DNA of 62,047 nt, counting the filler, from Squatina squatina (lineage: Eukaryota), in the NCBI GenBank assembly GCA_031763465.1. It is 4 parts of 4 records of this genome, joined end to end, with 100 filler letters (N's around TTAATTAATTAA, not from the genome) between each part and the next. Parts side by side here need not be neighbours in the genome. Positions count along the whole stretch, not along the records: positions 45,775 to 62,047 come from JARFOE010000004.1; 3 more parts are not named here. One strand, 5' to 3'. The notes under the pieces are model-generated. The model made no database searches. It was not told the DNA's origin and worked only from the letters and a program-made list of their open reading frames with translations. Positions 61,589 to 62,047 of the stretch are shown in pieces; the stretch's first letter is position 1; the number at the start of each line of letters is the position of its first letter. The position numbers were made by a program, and so were the translations under genes.

Positions 61589-61914
61589 CTGAAAGGATAG
61601 ATGAGACGGCCACAGATCAGTGAGCTCCAGTACATGGTGTGAATGGCAGCATCAGTGATAACATTGGCCCCAGTGGGCACAATCTTAATGGAATGAATAA
61701 CCCCAATAGCCTATCTTATCTTTCAGACTTCATGTGCACTATCCCACTTAGACCATAAAAAACTCATATCATACTTTAAAAAGGAGGTGGATTGGTTGAA
61801 ATGAGGCAATATTCTGCTCACTGAATCTAAAAGAGAGAGAGTGGAAAAAAGACTTCTTTAAAAAAATATCTTTGCTATTATGGATGAGTTCCTACCACAC
61901 TTAAAGTCACCAAT

Positions 61915-62047
61915 ATCCTTGAATTTTAATATTCTCATCCTTGTTTTCAAATCCCTCCATGACCTCGCCCATCCCTAACTTTGTACCATCCTCCAGACCT
62001 ACAACCCTCCGAGATCTCCGTGCTCCTCCAATTCTGATTTGTCGTGC
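61915..62047 (+). mobile_element. L2-clade LINE ORF2 C-terminal fragment
   Basis: FNILILVFKSLHDLAHP*LCTILQTYNPPRS resembles FKIL.L.FK.L.GLAP.YL..LL..Y.P.R.LRS. Confidence 0.75.

Overview
AT-rich, heavily gapped eukaryotic genomic DNA (many ~100-N gaps, several longer ones). The repeat content points to a cartilaginous fish (shark-like): CR1, L2 and RTE LINE relics, Deu-domain SINEs, Penelope-type ends, and PIF/Harbinger relics with their MITEs. Most ORFs in the supplied track are spurious or gap-inflated. Two real genes are partly visible as isolated exons. (1) doublecortin (dcx) on +: first coding exon 32193-32565 and the Ser/Pro-rich exon 45028-45134; the other exons are not visible and are presumably in gaps. 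(2) A convergent minus-strand multi-EGF gene resembling eyes shut (EYS): exons 61492-61588, 60625-60770 and 49580-49768; two of these are missed by the ORF track. There is also an unidentified but convincing coding-like exon inside the dcx span (35607-35741), a near-perfect CTCF site, and a decayed Penelope-type hammerhead motif. Three artificial N44-TTAATTAATTAA-N44 joins make long-range adjacency uncertain. No prokaryote-type system (CRISPR, operon, rRNA, true tRNA) is supported. Repeat boundaries are approximate. Family assignments come from recalled consensus sequences, not from database searches.
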